From Mobula hypostoma (Eukaryota), in contig NC_086110.1 in assembly GCF_963921235.1 (NCBI RefSeq), positions 13,516,001 to 13,580,000 on the forward strand: DNA of 64,000 bases, read 5' to 3'. Numbering within the stretch: the stretch's first letter is position 1; the number at the start of each line of letters is the position of its first letter. The position numbers and the translations under genes were made by a program. Below are positions 62,795 through 64,000 of this stretch, piece after piece. Under the pieces are notes generated by a model. That model worked only from the letters and a program-made list of their open reading frames with translations, ran no database searches and was not told where the DNA came from.

Positions 62795-64000
62795 CTCCCC
62801 TTCTTCAGGGAAAGAATTTGTCGAAGACGATTTTTTTTAAAAAAATGTTTATCACAGGGTTTTAAACAATACAGGGAAAAACATCATATGACAAAGCAAA
62901 AATGGTTACAGTTTTCATCTTAACTTCAGGATAACTAATCAGCTATGATGTTTTTCAGTACCTTTTACATGTTTGATTTTTACGTCACCTTCCTGCAATA
63001 TCGGACTCTATTTTAAGAACCTTCTATTCTTATCCTTCATCTTAATTAGAAACATCAACGGATTATATCACATGTAAACCACAAGTGGTCTCTGAGCAAC
63101 AGAAAGGTTTTGAGGTCTCAGATCATAGTCCTCAAAATGTTGTAAAGCCAGAATAAGTGCTAGTAATTCCTTTTCAATAGTTGAATAACTTTTCTGGTGT
63201 ACATTAAAGTTCTTTGAGAAATAAGCTACTGGATGCTCAATGTCATCCATTCCTTTCTGTAACAGTACTGCCCCAGCAGCTTCGTCACTAACACCTGTTG
63301 TTATAGAAAATGGCTTTGAAAAATCAGGTGCTTTAAGCAGATGATAACACAGGATGGTTTCCTGACTCTTAAATGCCTCCTGGCAAAAGTGACTCAATTC
63401 AAATCTCTCACTCTTCCCTGGGAGCTTTGTTAGAGGGAGAGCGATGTCAGCAAAGTTCTTACATAACTTTTCATAATACCCAACCATTCCTAAACCCCTT
63501 CTTAAAGCAATCTTGACGGTTAGAACAGGATTTCAGAAGTAGCTTGAACCTTGGCCTTTACAGAAGTCAGTTGGCCTTGGCCCAACACATAATCCAGATA
63601 TGTAACTATGGCATGGCCAAACTCACTTTTAGCAAGGTTCACAGTAAGAGTGGCATTGGAAGGTCTGTCAAACCGTTTTTCCTCAGCTGCAATATGCTCT
63701 TCCCACGCATCATTCCAGACCACTAATTCATTGATATCAACCCCTGTGCTTTCTAACCCTCCAATCACAGAATTTATCATTCTCTGAAATGTTTCTAGAG
63801 CATTCTCCATCCCAAAGTGTAAAACATTGTATTCATACAGTCCAGACGGTGTCACAAATGCTGATATCTCTTTAACCCTCTCTGTTAAAGGAACACCCCG
63901 GTATCCTTTTAACAAGTCAATCTTAGTAAGATATTTAGCCTTCCCCACTCTATCAATGCAGTCATCCATTCTCTTTCTTTGTTCTTTCTTGTTTCTAATT
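62795..64000 (-). mobile_element. Gmr1-like Gypsy copy 2 (PPT, RH, RT), running off the window
   Basis: Colinear with 58752-59950; ORFs 63068..63487 and 63520..63969. Confidence 0.9.

Overview
AT-rich vertebrate genomic DNA, most likely a cartilaginous fish (inferred from the CR1 LINEs with (TTTCTATG)n tails, HE1/V-SINE-like SINEs and Penelope-derived repeats). Roughly half the window is transposon debris, and there are two N-gaps. The main result is a complete six-exon gene on the minus strand (20833->967) that I assembled from splice sites. It encodes a 309-aa type I receptor: signal peptide, one exon holding a germline-joined V+J-like Ig domain, a C1-set Ig domain, an uncharged TM, and a tail with an ITIM (LTYAAL) plus an ITSM (TLYADV). 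A diverged paralogous last exon at 33624-33761 has lost the first tyrosine, so this appears to be a tandem family of non-rearranging antigen-receptor-like (VJ-C1) receptors, possibly paired or partly pseudogenised. Mobile-element highlights: Penelope-derived minimal hammerhead ribozymes (intact only antisense to the receptor genes), a head-to-tail pair of Gmr1-like Gypsy elements (IN before RT), a miniature LTR element whose LTRs carry minisatellites, a Tc1 with TIRs, and Chapaev3 and R4/Dong remnants. All family assignments come from motifs read by eye; no database search was run.
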